NCBI RefSeq assembly: GCF_001194135.2
Contig: NC_068982.1
Location: forward strand, 41,781,618 to 41,845,617
Direction: 5' to 3'
Length of the DNA: 64,000 nucleotides
Source: Octopus bimaculoides
Taxonomy: Eukaryota
Under the pieces are notes generated by a model, which ran no database searches, was not told the origin of the DNA, and saw only the letters and a list, made by a program, of their open reading frames with translations. Each line of letters opens with the position of its first letter. Within the stretch, counting starts at the first letter, position 1. Shown here one piece after another: positions 1-13,330 of the stretch. A program made the translations under genes and the position numbers.

Positions 1-472
1 TAACTTAGCAGTTCAGCAAAAGAGAGACAATAAAATAAGTACTAAGCTTAAAAAAAGAAAAAGGGCAAAGTAAGTACTGGCACTGATTTCTTCAGCTACA
101 CCCTTCAAGGCAGTACCATATCACAACTGCAGTCCAATGATTGAAACATCACCATCACCATCATCATCATCATCATCAACATTTAACATCCATTTTCCAT
201 GCTGTCATGGGTTGGATGGCTTGACAAGAACTGGTAAAACCAGAGGCCACACCAGGTTCCATAGTCTGTTTTAGTTTGGTTTCTATGGCTAGATACCCTT
301 TCTAATGCCAACCACTCCACAGTGTAATGGGTGCTTTTTATGTGGCACCAACACCCACACCAGTGCTTTTTACATTGCACCTTGGTTTTAGAATCTCAAT
401 TCTGTTGTGATGGGTGGGTCTTCTCAAGTACGGCAATGCACCACATATCTCAGTTCTTTATCACCTCCTTCA

Positions 473-554
473 TAAGGTTCAGCATTTTGAGATTGCTTTC
501 ATGTAAGATTCAGCATTTTGAGATTGCTTTCATGTAAGGTTCAGCATTTTGAGA
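473..554. repeat. 31-bp tandem repeat, about 2.6 copies
   Basis: TAAGGTTCAGCATTTTGAGATTGCTTTCATG repeated. Confidence 0.85.
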
Positions 555-1329
555 TCAGCCTTCAGAGAGACAAGTAAAAGAATTAATAGAATAAATGAAT
601 ATTCTTACTAAACATACATATTAGTCTTCAGCCCTAACAACTTAAATAACTATCACACAACCCACAATACATACTCTGGACTTGTGGTTCTCAATCTTTT
701 TGACTTTGTGGAATACCAGGGATCAAGTAGAAAAAATTACAAATGCATTTCACATGCAGAGCTTAAATAAAAATTGTTTCAAAGTTAAAAATTTAGAAAA
801 CAATGTAGAAAGTATTGCTTACTTCATTTTATTAATTATACTAGTCGGACCTGTAAATATTTCATGGAATTAATTGTAAACCTATTGGGTTATTTTTGAA
901 AACCTTATTCAAAAAGCCTGAAAGCATAGTCTGTGTTGTGTCTGTATCAAAAGATAGTCGTTCATCTGCTATTCATTGAAAAGTGAAGGAAATTGGAACA
1001 TGATGATTACTTAATGCACTTTATATATATACTTTATGCACAATTTTATTGACTTAATACACAGCACTCATAAAATAAATATTCATTGTTATTTTTCCAT
1101 TTTTCCTGTAAACACAAAAAAATTACATTTTAAAATTTACATGGTCACAATTTCGTATCTAGAAATCAAAAATTTTATAGTAAAAGAAATTGTCTTATAT
1201 GTAAAATATAGGGGTCACAATTTCATGGGCGTAAAAATATAATGCAACATAGCTTACTCTGAAAACTACATCGTTGGTAACTTATAAGCCTAGGCGATGG
1301 GTCAGAACCAATACACATTTCAATTTGTG

Positions 1330-1590
1330 TACACTTTTCAATCCAATAGTTCTTTGCAGATTATGTTCTTTGTGTAAGTTCTCCCTCTTCTTTTCCCTTG
1401 TTTGTCTCACATCAGATAATTTGCAAACCCTTGAGAATGCAACATATAGCTGACTATGGCTGAATACAGATTCAGGCAAGAACAGCCTCACTTTAACAAA
1501 TGTCTGCCTTTATGATTTATTGATAGTCATTGCATATGACAGGCAAATGGGAAACTGGTTTCTTTCTAAAGTGAATGGCAAGTTTGGGAT
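1330..1590 (-). mobile_element. Helitron Rep/helicase C-terminal remnant (PIF1-like)
   Basis: Minus strand reads [51 protein letters not shown], then shifted TKNIICKELLD*. These are the canonical Helitron helicase terminal motifs (QFP..AMTINKSQGQT, VFSHGQLYVALSRV, TKNIVYKEVL). Internal stop present. Confidence 0.85.
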
Positions 1591-3179
1591 GTGCATGTGT
1601 TAAGTGATAGGTGATATAAAAAATTTTAGTTCAATTTTTAAAAAAATTACTTTTCACTGTGCACTCACCACCACCACAACTATCATCTCTCTCTCTCTCT
1701 CTCCCTCCCTCTTTCTTTCTCTGTCTTTCTTTAATCGCACCATCAGAACATCATCCCTCTGCTAAAATTTTATTCCTAATTCTCCTCTATATCACTACCT
1801 TTCAACTAACTTTTTTAACCATGTAATAAATATTATGTTCCTCCTACCACATGCCATGGACACTTCTCTCTTTGTCTTTTCTCTCTTCCTCTTTTTCTCT
1901 CTCTCACTTTTTCTGCCTCACTCTTCACCTCATCTTTTTCTCTCCCCTTTTTCTTTCTCTTGTTCTCTCTTTCCCTTCAACTAATCATGTGATTACATTC
2001 CCTCTATCTCACGTCATGGACACTTCTCTCACACTCTTTTTCTCTCTTCCTCTTTTCTTTCTCCCTCTTTTCTTTCTCCCTCTTTTTCTGTAATCACGTG
2101 GAAACATTACTGACAGGCTAAGTAACGTAATGACAAGCAAAATTAATATAAGATTTGTATAAAACAAAATTGTAAGTCATGTTTTTTCAAGAGTCTTAAG
2201 TAATGTTTCTTTAAAAATCCATGGTGCATCTAGATACCTCTTGCAGTGTACTGTTTGAGAATGACTACTTTACACTGACAATGAACAACAAATGGTGACT
2301 GACACTACAAGAGCAAACAGCCTTACCACATCAGAACTATCAATAGAACAACTAAAAGAAAACCTACAGGCAATAAATTCATAAATGCTATAAAATACCC
2401 TCATATACCTTCCACACAACAAAATAGTCAATATTTTCCTGTCAGACATTAGTACAAATAGAACAGACATTATTCAAGTACACTCAAATTGTCACAACCC
2501 ACTATGTAGTTTATCAACCTGATAGAAATAGCAGCTGAATTTTCCTTGAACCAGCTTAAAGATGGATGGCCAATGAAATCCGAGATATACAAAAAGATAT
2601 AATAGTAATGATTGGATCATCATTGATTAGGACTGACATTTGGCCAAATAACCACAGTGCCATGTATCTCAAACTCACGCATTCCACTTTAACTTTGTGT
2701 AGGCCCATACGCACAACACTGTGCACTTCTTTTATTGCACACAAATACCTTCACAGCTTGATATACGTTTTCTATGAGTCAGCCTCATAAGGCCAGCCCA
2801 GTTTATCAACAGCTGGAACCAGGCCCAGTGAGGGAGTATAGAGGAAGCTCTCAAAGTCTTGTACCTTCAGAGGAGCCAGCAGCATCAACAATAGACCCTG
2901 CAACACTCATCATCATTATCACTGCACACAGTACCACAGTCATCATCTTTGTTGTTCCTGCAGCCACCACTACCACCACCATCATCATAATCATCATGAT
3001 AATTATTATTTCATTACTATATACCATTACTTTGTCTCTATTAAATTCTCTGTGTGTTTCAGTCTTGCTTCACCAAAAATGTGAAGCCCAATATTCTAAG
3101 TATTTTCTTTCTTTAAGAACAACTATCCTTGTTTTTTCTTATGGTCACTGTCACACCATGGAGGTGTCACTGTCACACC

Positions 3180-3450
3180 ATGGAGGTGCAATGGCCCAGT
3201 GGTTAGGGCAGCGGACTCGTGGTCATAGGATCGCGGTTTCGATTCCCAGACTGGGCGTTGTGAATGTTTATTGAGTGAAAACACCTAAAGTTCCACGAGG
3301 CTCCGGCAGGGGATGGTGTCGAACCCTGCTGTACTCTTTCACCACAACTTTCTCTCACTCTTACTTTCTGTTTCTGTTGTGCCTGTAATTCAAAGGGTCA
3401 GCCTTGTCACACTGTGTCACGCTGAATATCCCCGAGAACTACGTTAAGGC
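3180..3450 (+). mobile_element. tRNA-derived SINE (family C), 3'-truncated
   Basis: A box TGGCCCAGTGG, B box GGTTTCGATTCC. The body closely matches the minus-strand copy at 49848-50233. Confidence 0.8.
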
Positions 3451-4560
3451 AGTGCCTACATTGAATAAAATAGATCAATAGCAACATTTTCCTTTTATGG
3501 CAAAATATGCACCTAATTCAATAAAATTATGAAGGTCACTCTGATTTCTATGCATAAAATGCAAAATATTTGATTCTTTTGTAGGTTAGGTAGGCATAAT
3601 TTGCCCTGCCTTTCAATCTTTGTATTTAAGTTATGCATAGTAACGCTAGTATACATGCTCTGTACACTCCTACATTTTCTTTACAGGCTATGAAGGCAGA
3701 AGTAAATCTGCCTTCAACACAGTTGCATGCCTGTATTTCGCTTATTTTTATTATTTCATTACTATATACCATTACCTGAGTAATTACTGACGGCATGTGC
3801 CTGATTATATCCCAGCTCACTTGAAGGGTTTTATCTTGTGAGTACTTGGCAACCTCACTAGTGCTGGTGCTATAAAAAAAAAAAAAAGCACCCAGTTCAC
3901 TGTAAAGTGGTTGGCATTAGGAGGGATATCCCGCTGAAGAAACCATGGTGAAGCAGAAAATTGAAGTTTGGTGCAATCCTTTGGCTTGTCAGTTCTTGTC
4001 AAACCACTCAACACATGCCAGTATGGATAAAGGGACGTTATATGATGGTGATGACGACAATGATGATGATCTCTATTCTTTTCTCATTTATTTTATCTGT
4101 CTTTATACTCATTAATAGTATCTGTCTCTATTTATACTCATTTACAGAATCTGTTTCTGTACTCATTTTTCTAGCATCTATTCTATTTATATTCATAACA
4201 TCTATCTTTATTTATACTCATTTATTGCATCATATTCTTATATATAATTTATAGCATCTGTCTATTTATACTGAGATGCGTTTCACCATGTCGTGCCAAG
4301 AATCTCTGTCTCCTATTAGCTTTAAGTAAGTCCTCAATTTCAAATTGTGGTGTCTTTGCCAATAACATCAATGTAATAAAGTGGTCTTTGTATTCTGTTA
4401 GAGTGCAGAAGTTGCCAAAATACAACATCTGTTCAGCATGATAGCAGTGGCAAGTAAGCATACCTTGCACTGAGTAACAATACTCTATACACTTGTGTGT
4501 GTGTGTGGGGGGGGGTATACATGTATGTATGTGTATGTCTGTGCATATATCTGTTTTGGT

Positions 4561-4602
<42 letters not shown>

Positions 4603-6033
4603 CTCTCAACCTTGACTGTTTGCCTCTTGACCCTCTGATTTTTCTATTGTGTCATGGACTACCTATATGCTTTTATATATTTACATACCCAATATACATG
4701 TGGTGTGAGTAGGAGAATGGGGGATTGGGTTGAGTGTCTGCATGTATACAAATGTAAATGTTTGTGTGTGGGGGGGAGATCTCTGCACTTTTTGTTACTT
4801 CTACCCTACTCAGGTGCTAATTGAATTACAATACTTAAAACACTGTGCCTAAATTGATGAAGCTGGATGAAGTTGAAGTGGGGTGTTCTGGTCATCTTAG
4901 AGTTCTAGCATTCCACTTGTCCACAAATACTATGCATCCAATACTCTTTGAAAAAGTTAAGGATCTTATTGCCCTGGTTGAGAAAAACATTGAACTGCAT
5001 TTTGTGGTGAGATCCCAGGTGTTTGAGAGTATTGAGTTACCCCTTAGTCACATTATTCCCAGGTTTTTTCAAGCTTATGGTGGTAGTATCTGTTCAAGGC
5101 TCCAGTTATGGTTCAAATAGCAGAAGATGGTCTGATGGCTAAGGCAGATGGAATTCAAAGAAGAGCTAGACTTTAGACATGTGTCACACAAAGCCACTGA
5201 TATGTAGACTTACCCTGATGTTACATGTATCAGCCACTCTGCCTAAAAGTTAAACAGGCCCTGTCTAACCTTTAGAGAGCAGGAGACAAGCAGAGTAAAC
5301 TGGATAATAAATCAGCAAACAGCATTGGGAACCCATTGGTGTATCTTTTGTAAGAAAACTTATGAATTAAAAGCAGTGCTCTAGCATGGCCACAGTCAAA
5401 CGACTGAAACAAATAAAAAAATAATCTTTTGCATGAAGGTCCATGATTGCCAACTCCTGGAGGCATGGAACAGAAAGAGAGAGGGAGAAAGACAGACAGA
5501 CAGAGAGAGCAAGGGTTTTATATAAACTACTTTATCATAACAATTTCACGGGATAATACATTTAATGCATATACAACTTCAGATTTGGAACATAGTCATA
5601 GGTATTGAACTAACACTCCATTGGCATTGTACTATATTTCCTCACCCCTCAGTCTCCCATTAAATAAGCACATAATAACAGGCATTTGTGGACCTTACAT
5701 TATTGAATCATTTAGCTTAGAACATGCTCATGCTCACTCTATCTCTTCCTAATGCACTCTATACCTAGTCATTTTTCTTTACTCTTTCATCTTCCTAATC
5801 CTTGTTCCATCCTGTTGTTGTTGTTTTTTTGTCTTTCTTACCCCCTTCCTCCACTTCATACTACTTTCATTTTGTCTGTTTTCATTTTCCTTTTAATGTT
5901 ATTATCGGTTGTTACTCGCAAACTTATCTTCTTTAATCGGTGCGAGTTCTCTGATGAAATATTGATGCAAATATGCTTGTTGTACATATGTAGCATGGAA
6001 AGGACCACATGGAACTGCAGTAATAAAGATTAT

Positions 6034-6036
<3 letters not shown>

Positions 6037-6091
<55 letters not shown>

Positions 6092-6168
6092 TCACTCACT
6101 CACTCACTCACTCACTCACTCACTCACTCACTCACCCACTCACCCACTCACTCACTCACTCACTCACA
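6037..6168. repeat. compound microsatellite (CT)n(CACT)n
   Basis: Seen directly. Other long microsatellites: (GT)n 4563-4597, (TA)n 6638-6708, (CT)n 12820-12864, (TA)n 16829-16866, (CT)n 21854-22005, (TA)n 24501-24563, (CA)n 29134-29182, (TG)n 35621-35654. Confidence 0.95.
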
Positions 6169-6676
6169 CGCAGCTGGCCAATTGGTAGCATCATTAGCGC
6201 ATTTGATAGACTACTGTAGTTGTTTCAGCTCTCTTATGCTTTGAGTTCAAATCCCACTGAGATCAACTTTAGCTTTTATTGTTTCTGGATCAGTAAATAA
6301 TAACAGTCCTATACAGGAGTCACTCTTCCTTTTTTCTTCATATTTTCTTTTTTTCTTTTTTGGAAGAAATTGGCTGTGGTTAGACTTGGAGATGAATGGG
6401 TTCTGCAAAGTCTGAGGTGTCCCAAACACACCTTTAACTTGATCAAGGAGTTCAGGGCTGAATGCAAGACAAGGCATAGTGCTCTATATTGACATTGTAA
6501 TGTTTTAGATAATTTACTATTATATTTATGGAAGCTAAAAAATGTAAGCATGTACATGAAAATCTTGCAGAGACAGGATGTCTGTAGTAGTATCTACAGG
6601 GGCAAAATCGGTATATGACATGCCTGCATGAATGTGCGTATATATATATATATATATATATATATANNNNNNNNNN

Positions 6677-6710
<34 letters not shown>

Positions 6711-7177
6711 TATGTATATGAACAGCTGTACACTGGGTGGTGTGTCTGCCATACTGGAACAAGTTTGACCCAGATACCATATAAATTTCAAAAAGAACAA
6801 ACTCACTATCTTCTTTTCAGATTCTTTGATGTATGCAGTTGACTGATGTTATTTTTATTGTTGTTATTTTATCATTACAGCTACATTAACTCAAGACATT
6901 CCTATTTTCCTTTTTTCTCTCAACTGTATATGTGTGTATGTATATATGAATATATATAGTGTGGCTGCCTTCTCGTATATGAGCAAGCCATTGCTAGGAA
7001 GAGTCATTGATAATGCAATGCAAGGCACTTATATGACTCTTGAGCCCCACCAAAGATCTGCACATTTTATTGCACAATGCACATATTAATGTTTTGTTTG
7101 AATCATTTCTTTTATAATAGTGTCTAAACTGTGATTGTACAAGCCCTCTAAATAGATGTATGTATTGTTTATTTCAG

Positions 7178-7317
7178 CAAACATTGACAATATTACATCT
7201 CAACAGAGAAGAAACATCGATGAACCCAAACCTCAGAAGTTAGCTGACTCAAAACATGGCAGCCGCAGGTGGGATGGCCGCCGTCATACTTTAACAAGTG
7301 GAGTTGATCATAGTATG
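7178..7317 (+). CDS. SAPCD2: SAPCD2-like coding exon (first found in window; phase 1 to phase 0)
   Basis: Acceptor ttgtttatttcAG at 7176-7177, donor GTGAGT at 7318. Encodes ...KHGSRRWDGRRHTLTSGVDHSM, matching the RRHTIASGVDCGL motif that precedes the coiled coil in vertebrate SAPCD2 (recalled sequence). Upstream exon(s) not identified. Confidence 0.85.
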
Positions 7318-8019
7318 GTGAGTTATACTCCTTGGGTTAAAATTCTTATGCTATTTTATTTCTTGTGCTGCACATTAGTTTGCATATGGCTGTGTGGTTA
7401 AGAAGTTCGCCTTGCAATCACATGATTTGGGGTTCAGTCCTACTGCATGGCGTCTTGGGTAAGTGTCTTCTATTACAACCCCAGGTTGACCAATGCTTTG
7501 TGAGTGAATTTGGTAGCTGGAAATTGTGTGGAAGCCCATCATATATATGTGTATGTGTATGTGTGTATGCATGTAAGTATTCTTTTACTTCTCTTACTTT
7601 TTTTTTCAGTCATTATACTGCAGCTATGTTGGAGCCTTGAAGGCTTTAATCTCTTTTTGCCAGATTGCTAAGTTACAGAGATATAATCAAACCAACATAG
7701 GTTGTGAAGTATTGGGGGTAACCACACACACACACACATACACATGCATGTGCGAAGTAAAAGGAATTAAAAATTCTGGGTAGATAACTATAAAGCACTC
7801 AGTGCCCAACAAGTTTGGTTAACTATATCCGACAATCAGACATCAATAAATGCAACTAGAATAAACATCCAGTGTAATTCTTCATGTTTGACCAGTAAAT
7901 CCAAATATTGTTTAGAAGAATTTCAAAAAATTCAGAGTATAAGACAAGAACAAGAATGGAGAAAATCACATCTTTAATTGGTGATTAGGTTGTGGGTAGC
8001 GATTTTCTTCACTACTTCA

Positions 8020-8345
8020 GCGAGTGATGACCCTACCTGACACGAGTCCTGGGCTCAGCTGGCTTCAGCTGACAGTACCTGGTATGGGCCCCTATCCAGA
8101 GTTATGGAAAGGAGACAACCTTCAAAGAAATTTGGAGTGGAGCCCCATAGGCAGCTTAGTGTTCAACTTGACACTCTTCCGGCAGCTCCTGCAACCAAGC
8201 TGGTGCCAAACGTAATGCTCTGCATTCCTTTGGACTACATCAGTAAGGTCGAGAGAGGAATCCTGACGATTGGGCTGCCCAGGATTTTCTTACGTCTAGC
8301 CCAGGCCTGCGCAAAACTGAAAAGGAAACTGGAGATGACATGAAA
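8020..8345 (+). mobile_element. probable non-LTR retrotransposon 5' region fragment (RTE-like)
   Basis: GC-richer island (GGAGTGGAGCCCC...GCAGCTCCTGCAACCAAGCTGGTGCCAAAC) resembling RTE-clade 5' regions from memory; no protein motif confirmed. Confidence 0.3.
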
Positions 8346-9980
8346 TGTAAAACCAGACTGGATTAGTTTATGCGCAACTCCATTGTCTCCCGAGACAAAT
8401 GGATGCCAACAACATTTGGTGATTACATCATGCAATACCTATGATCATTTCAGTTGTGCCAGCATATTTAGATACAGAAAATACCAGTCAAATCAATAAA
8501 TCCAATAATCTATGTTAACACAATGTTGTCAAAGCAATCCAGAATTGGTTAAATTCAAAGTGAACTAAGAAAATATCTTTAGTAGACAAACACATACAAA
8601 AATAACAATGGGCTTCTTAAAGTTTCTGTCCACCAAATCCACTCGTGTGGAACTGAACTTACAACCATGTGATTGGGTAGAAAACTTCTTAACACACAGG
8701 CATGCCTGCACCTATATGTGTGTGTGGGGCGGGGTGGGGGTGGTGTCTGTGTTTGTCCACCCACCATTTAACAACTGGTGTTGGTTTGTTTACATCCCCA
8801 TAACTTATCAGTTCTACAAAAGAGGCTGATAGAATTACTACCTGATTTAAAAAGACAATAATTACTGGGATCAGTTTGTTTGACTTATCTTTGAAAGTAA
8901 CAAGTAAAAGAGTCATTAGCTTTCCAGATGTTTTCATCAAATGCTTTTTTTTTTCATGTTAATTTAGACTGATGCTTCTATTTAAATTTTTAAACTGATG
9001 CATTGCACACCGGAATAGCACAACAAACTGACTGTGATTTCATAATTTGACCTTTTAGGTTAGTTCTTTAGTTATTTAGAAGAAGGATTCTTTACTTTGA
9101 TCTGTGTTACATGTAAATTTTAAAATTAGGTGTTATTAACAATTGGTTCTAATATGGTTGCTGATGTAGCCATATATCTCCCCTACATTAAGACATCTGT
9201 TCCTATCCCTCTGTCATATTCTTTCCTTCAACTCTTGATATAAGCCAATTTCCTCAATGCTACACCCTTCTCCTAAACCAAGGGGTCTTGTTTTGTAAAC
9301 CAGTTGGTCATCTCACTAATGCTGGTGACATGAAAAAGCATCCAGTACACTCTGTAAAGTGGTTGGCACTAAGAAGGGCATCTAGCTATATAACCCATGC
9401 CAAAACAGATATTGGAGCTCAACTCAGTTCTTTGACTTGTCGGATACTGTCAAAGTCAAATTGTGAAATATGGATACTAAATGATAGGTGCAATGCCAGA
9501 AATTGAGGTAGAGGGCTATAATGTTTATTATGTGCACTCCAGTACTTGACTGGTATTTTTCAACTAATTTTAAAAAATATTTTTCTCATTATTCACCTAT
9601 TTTCTAGACATTAGTTGAGATTTTCTCACTTTTGGATTGCACTAAGATAACCTTCAAGATGAGAGATAAGTAACATGTAACCTTTTCCTTGTGAACTCAT
9701 TAGTTTATTCCTTATTTTCTAAATCCAATTAAGCTCTGCTACATAGCTCTGTCAATTCTTCAGAAAAGCTTGCATTTATTTCTTTTTTCTATTTTAAAAG
9801 AATTTATGTAATCTGTCTCTTCTCATTCACCAACTATTTTGGTAATGTGGTTCGTTTTGTAGTTTTTACCTGTAGTAACATAGATGTTGCTATAGCATTT
9901 AGAAGCTGTTTCAGTCTCATATTCTGAGCCTTGTTTTTTTTTTTCTTGTTTTCACTTCATATATAAAACTTTCATCTATT

Positions 9981-10437
9981 TTAACCCTTTTGATACCCAC
10001 TCTCCTGATTCTGTCCTTAGTTCTATGGTATAAATTCCCTCTTTTAACCGTTTATCATTTAAACCAGCCATATCTGACCTAAATATCCTATCTGTTTTCT
10101 GTTCAAACCAGCCAAATCTCATCTCTCACGCCTAACCTACAACATCATTCTACAAATAAACAATCACATCATTGAAATCTTGAAGCTGCAAGATAATGCA
10201 TGATTGATTCAAAACAATGTGAATAAATAAATAAGTATTGCATTTGACAGAGTAATCTGAATGTTAAAGGGTTAAAGTGATCTAGATTAAAACCTTCCAT
10301 TCAAATTCCATGTTAATTTGTGTTCCAAACACTAGCTTAATGACAGCAAAGTTATTTCAGTAAATTCTTCATCATTTCAAAATTAATTGAAACAAATGTA
10401 GTGTATTTTAGCAGAAACATGGTATCAAAAAGATTAA
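9981..10437. mobile_element. TTAA-bounded MITE (family 2) with a nested TTAA MITE (family 1, 10044-10275)
   Basis: Termini TTAACCCTTT...AAAGATTAA. The inner element TTAACCGTTT...AAAGGGTTAA sits at an internal TTAA. TTAA+CCC termini are piggyBac-type. Confidence 0.75.
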
Positions 10438-11987
10438 ATAGGGGATATCAGAGCCAACAATGGAACTCCTACGTGATTGCTCATAGTAGCCAAATCACCC
10501 CTAAATTGTAGGGAGAACATAAGAAAATGGAGTCCTAGATATGTGGTACCTGAGAAATATTAAATAGGATGCTCATGGTGGGAATGACTTCAGTCAGTGG
10601 TTTGCCCTGTCGATCTCTTTTACTCTTTTACTTGTTTCAGCATTTTGTCTGTCTTTACATTCTGAGTTCAAATTCTGCCAATGCCAACTTTGCCTTTCAA
10701 CCTTTTGGGGTTGATGAGATTAGTACCAATTGAATAACGAGGTCTATGTAATTGACAAGCCCCTCCCCCAAATTTCAGACTTTATGTCTATAGCAGAAAG
10801 GATTATTAAGGTGGTGGGATGGCAGAATCATTAGCATGCCAGAAAAACTATCCTGTGATCCTTTCCAGACAAAAAAGACGTCATCAATAAACTGTAACCA
10901 GACGTCACCAATGAACCATAAATGTTGGTTCATGACCATGTAGGGATTTGAATGTCTTCAGCAACTGTGTCTTGTTCACAGCTGCTGAAGACACTCACTA
11001 GGTTTGATTGGCCTGCGGCTATGGTGAAAGACACTTTCTAGAGTATAAATAAAAGCAAGCAAATATTTTCAAGAAGCTCTAGCTATATAATGTTAAGCTG
11101 ATAATAAACCTCTTCAGCTTAGAATAATATTCGCTCAAAAGTAATATTTTCACAGAATTTGATTGCTTTTTTTCAACAACTAGAGGAATTTGAGTATGTT
11201 GAATTGTTTTCTTTAAATATACAACAAAACGCTCTTAATGGATTTGAACTCAAACCATGCAGTTTTGAATACATTATTCACTCAGTTGAATGCATTATTT
11301 AACCAGTCACTTCATCACTGGTGTGTGTGTGTACATGCACGACTACCAACCTAAATGCAGTGTGAAACATTTTCAAATTTGCAGCATGTGTTTACTCCTC
11401 TTTTTGTCTTGATTTCTTTGGAATATTTTCTCCTATTTAGTGGTTCTCTTGTTTCTTGTCACAGAATACAAGCTCTGGTAAAAAGCAACACCCCCGCATG
11501 TTTTAATCTCTCTCTTGTGTATATGTAAAACAAACATGCACACACACACATACATCCACACGTGTATTCATATATGCATGCATATGCATATGTGCATACA
11601 TGCATGCACAACACATCTTTTTAAATCTCTTTTCCTGTTTGCTGTTTTCATTTGGACCAGCCTCACATATGTCACAAATGTTGCATGTTGTATAGAATCA
11701 ATGAATGAGATTTTGTGAATAAAATGAAAGATTGAAAGAACATGAAAGATTGAAAGAAAATGTAATATTTGAAATAATCTAGAGATAGAATTTAGATTCT
11801 AATGTTGTGAAAGAGTTGTGAACAAATAAATGAATAGCATTGTATAGAATTTGAGGAAAACTGTTGTATTGAATAGAAATGGTTGTGAAAATGATAAAAA
11901 AAAAAAAAAATTTGCTGGCATTTAGTTTATCATTCTTACTACAAAACACTTAAAGTCTTTTCATTTTGAATTGTTTTGATTGCTCAG

Positions 11988-12131
11988 ATTAAACGGATGC
12001 GACAACTGGAAGAAGAAAAAGAGATTCTGGAACAAGGAATGGAAATAGTACAGTCTGCAAAGCGTTGGTATCAGAAGCAAATTGCTTCAGTTGATGATAA
12101 ACAGAAAGTTGCTGCTTGGTCATCATACAAT
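11988..12131 (+). CDS. SAPCD2: SAPCD2-like coding exon (phase 0-0)
   Basis: Acceptor tgctcAG, donor GTGAGT at 12132. Encodes IKRMRQLEEEKEILEQGMEIVQSAKRWYQKQIASVDDKQKVAAWSSYN, resembling LKQMKELEQEKEVLLQGLEMMARGRDWYQQQL of SAPCD2. Confidence 0.92.
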
Positions 12132-12294
12132 GTGAGTTTATTTCACTTCCTTTACGCTCAATCAACTTAGTATAGACCTAGTCGTAGTTTCCTTGACTTT
12201 CTCAATTTATTTATTAATTTCTCTCACAAAAGACAGCCAGGTTAAATCTCAGGATGTTGGGCTACAACAGGGTGTTGAATGGGATGACAATGAA

Positions 12295-12522
12295 TTAACT
12301 CTTTAGTATTTAATCTGGACATATCCGACCCAAATATTCTACCTGTTCTATGTTCAAATCAACCAGATCTCATCTCTCACACCTACCCTACAATGTCATT
12401 CTAAAAATAAACAATCACCTCATCAAAATCTCGAAGCTACAGGATATTGCATGATTAATTCAAAACAAGGTGAATAAATAAGTATTATATTTCACAGAGT
12501 AATCGGCATGCTAAAGGGTTAA
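12295..12522. mobile_element. piggyBac-type MITE family 1
   Basis: TTAACTCTTTAG...CTAAAGGGTTAA; internal sequence matches 10044-10275, 42529-42754 and 54600-54887. Confidence 0.75.
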
Positions 12523-12817
12523 GACTAATAGCAACATGCTGTACTACAGATCTGTGCAACCCATACTAGCATGGGAACATAGACAGTAAAACCAGAATTA
12601 TGATGATATATAAATAGTATTGAAATGAATTGCTAACAATGACAGTACAAAAAGAAAAGCAATAAACACTGGAACCATATCGTTTTTTTATTCTTTTCTT
12701 TAGTTCTCATTCAGTTGAAATAATGAGGAAAAGCTGATTCTACTTCTCTTTTGTTAGTAGCTTCTGTCCATTTCTTTTCTTCTTTTTCTTGTTAGTAGCT
12801 TTTCTTCTATATTTATT

Positions 12818-12867
<50 letters not shown>

Positions 12868-13108
12868 CTTATTGCCTCACTTTATTCTATTGTCTAGTTA
12901 ACACAGACAGAAGCCACTTCCATTTACATAACTGATTTTTATCCTCATCTTCATTATCATCATTTGTTGTTAGCATCTTTCCTTTCTTAATAAAAAAAAA
13001 GATACAATCATCACAACTTTTCTTTCTTCTATATTAAGAAAAACAAAAAAAAAATTCAGGTTTCGTACCTATCTAAGAGAGACACTAGTGTAGGAGGTTG
13101 TAAAAACA

Positions 13109-13330
13109 TTAAGCCTTTTGGTACCAACCTATCTAAGACCACCTCTGGTTCCATGATTTAAGCTTCTTGTTTTAAGGTGATCTAAATTAAAACCTATTAA
13201 AATATCATACTAATTTGTTTCAAACGCCAATTTAATCATGACAGAATTACTTTACTAAATTCTTCTTTAATTTCAAAATTAATTGAAACAAAAGTGTATT
13301 TCAATGGAAATAGAGTAACAAAAGGTTTAA
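13109..13330. mobile_element. piggyBac-type MITE family 2
   Basis: TTAAGCCTTTT...AAAAGGTTTAA; same body as 9981-10437. Confidence 0.7.

Noticed and set aside
2774-3274. 166-aa ORF as an upstream SAPCD2 exon or separate gene
   Set aside because: Most of it is (CAT/CAC/ATT)n low-complexity sequence plus a SINE head, with no convincing splice sites or similarity.
3687-3837. 151-nt exon using the strong GTGAGT donor at 3838
   Set aside because: All three frames contain stop codons.
10985-11040. CTGAAGA...GAAAG as an intact hammerhead
   Set aside because: Stem II is only 2-3 weak pairs and no stem I can be formed. Kept only as a hairpin cluster.
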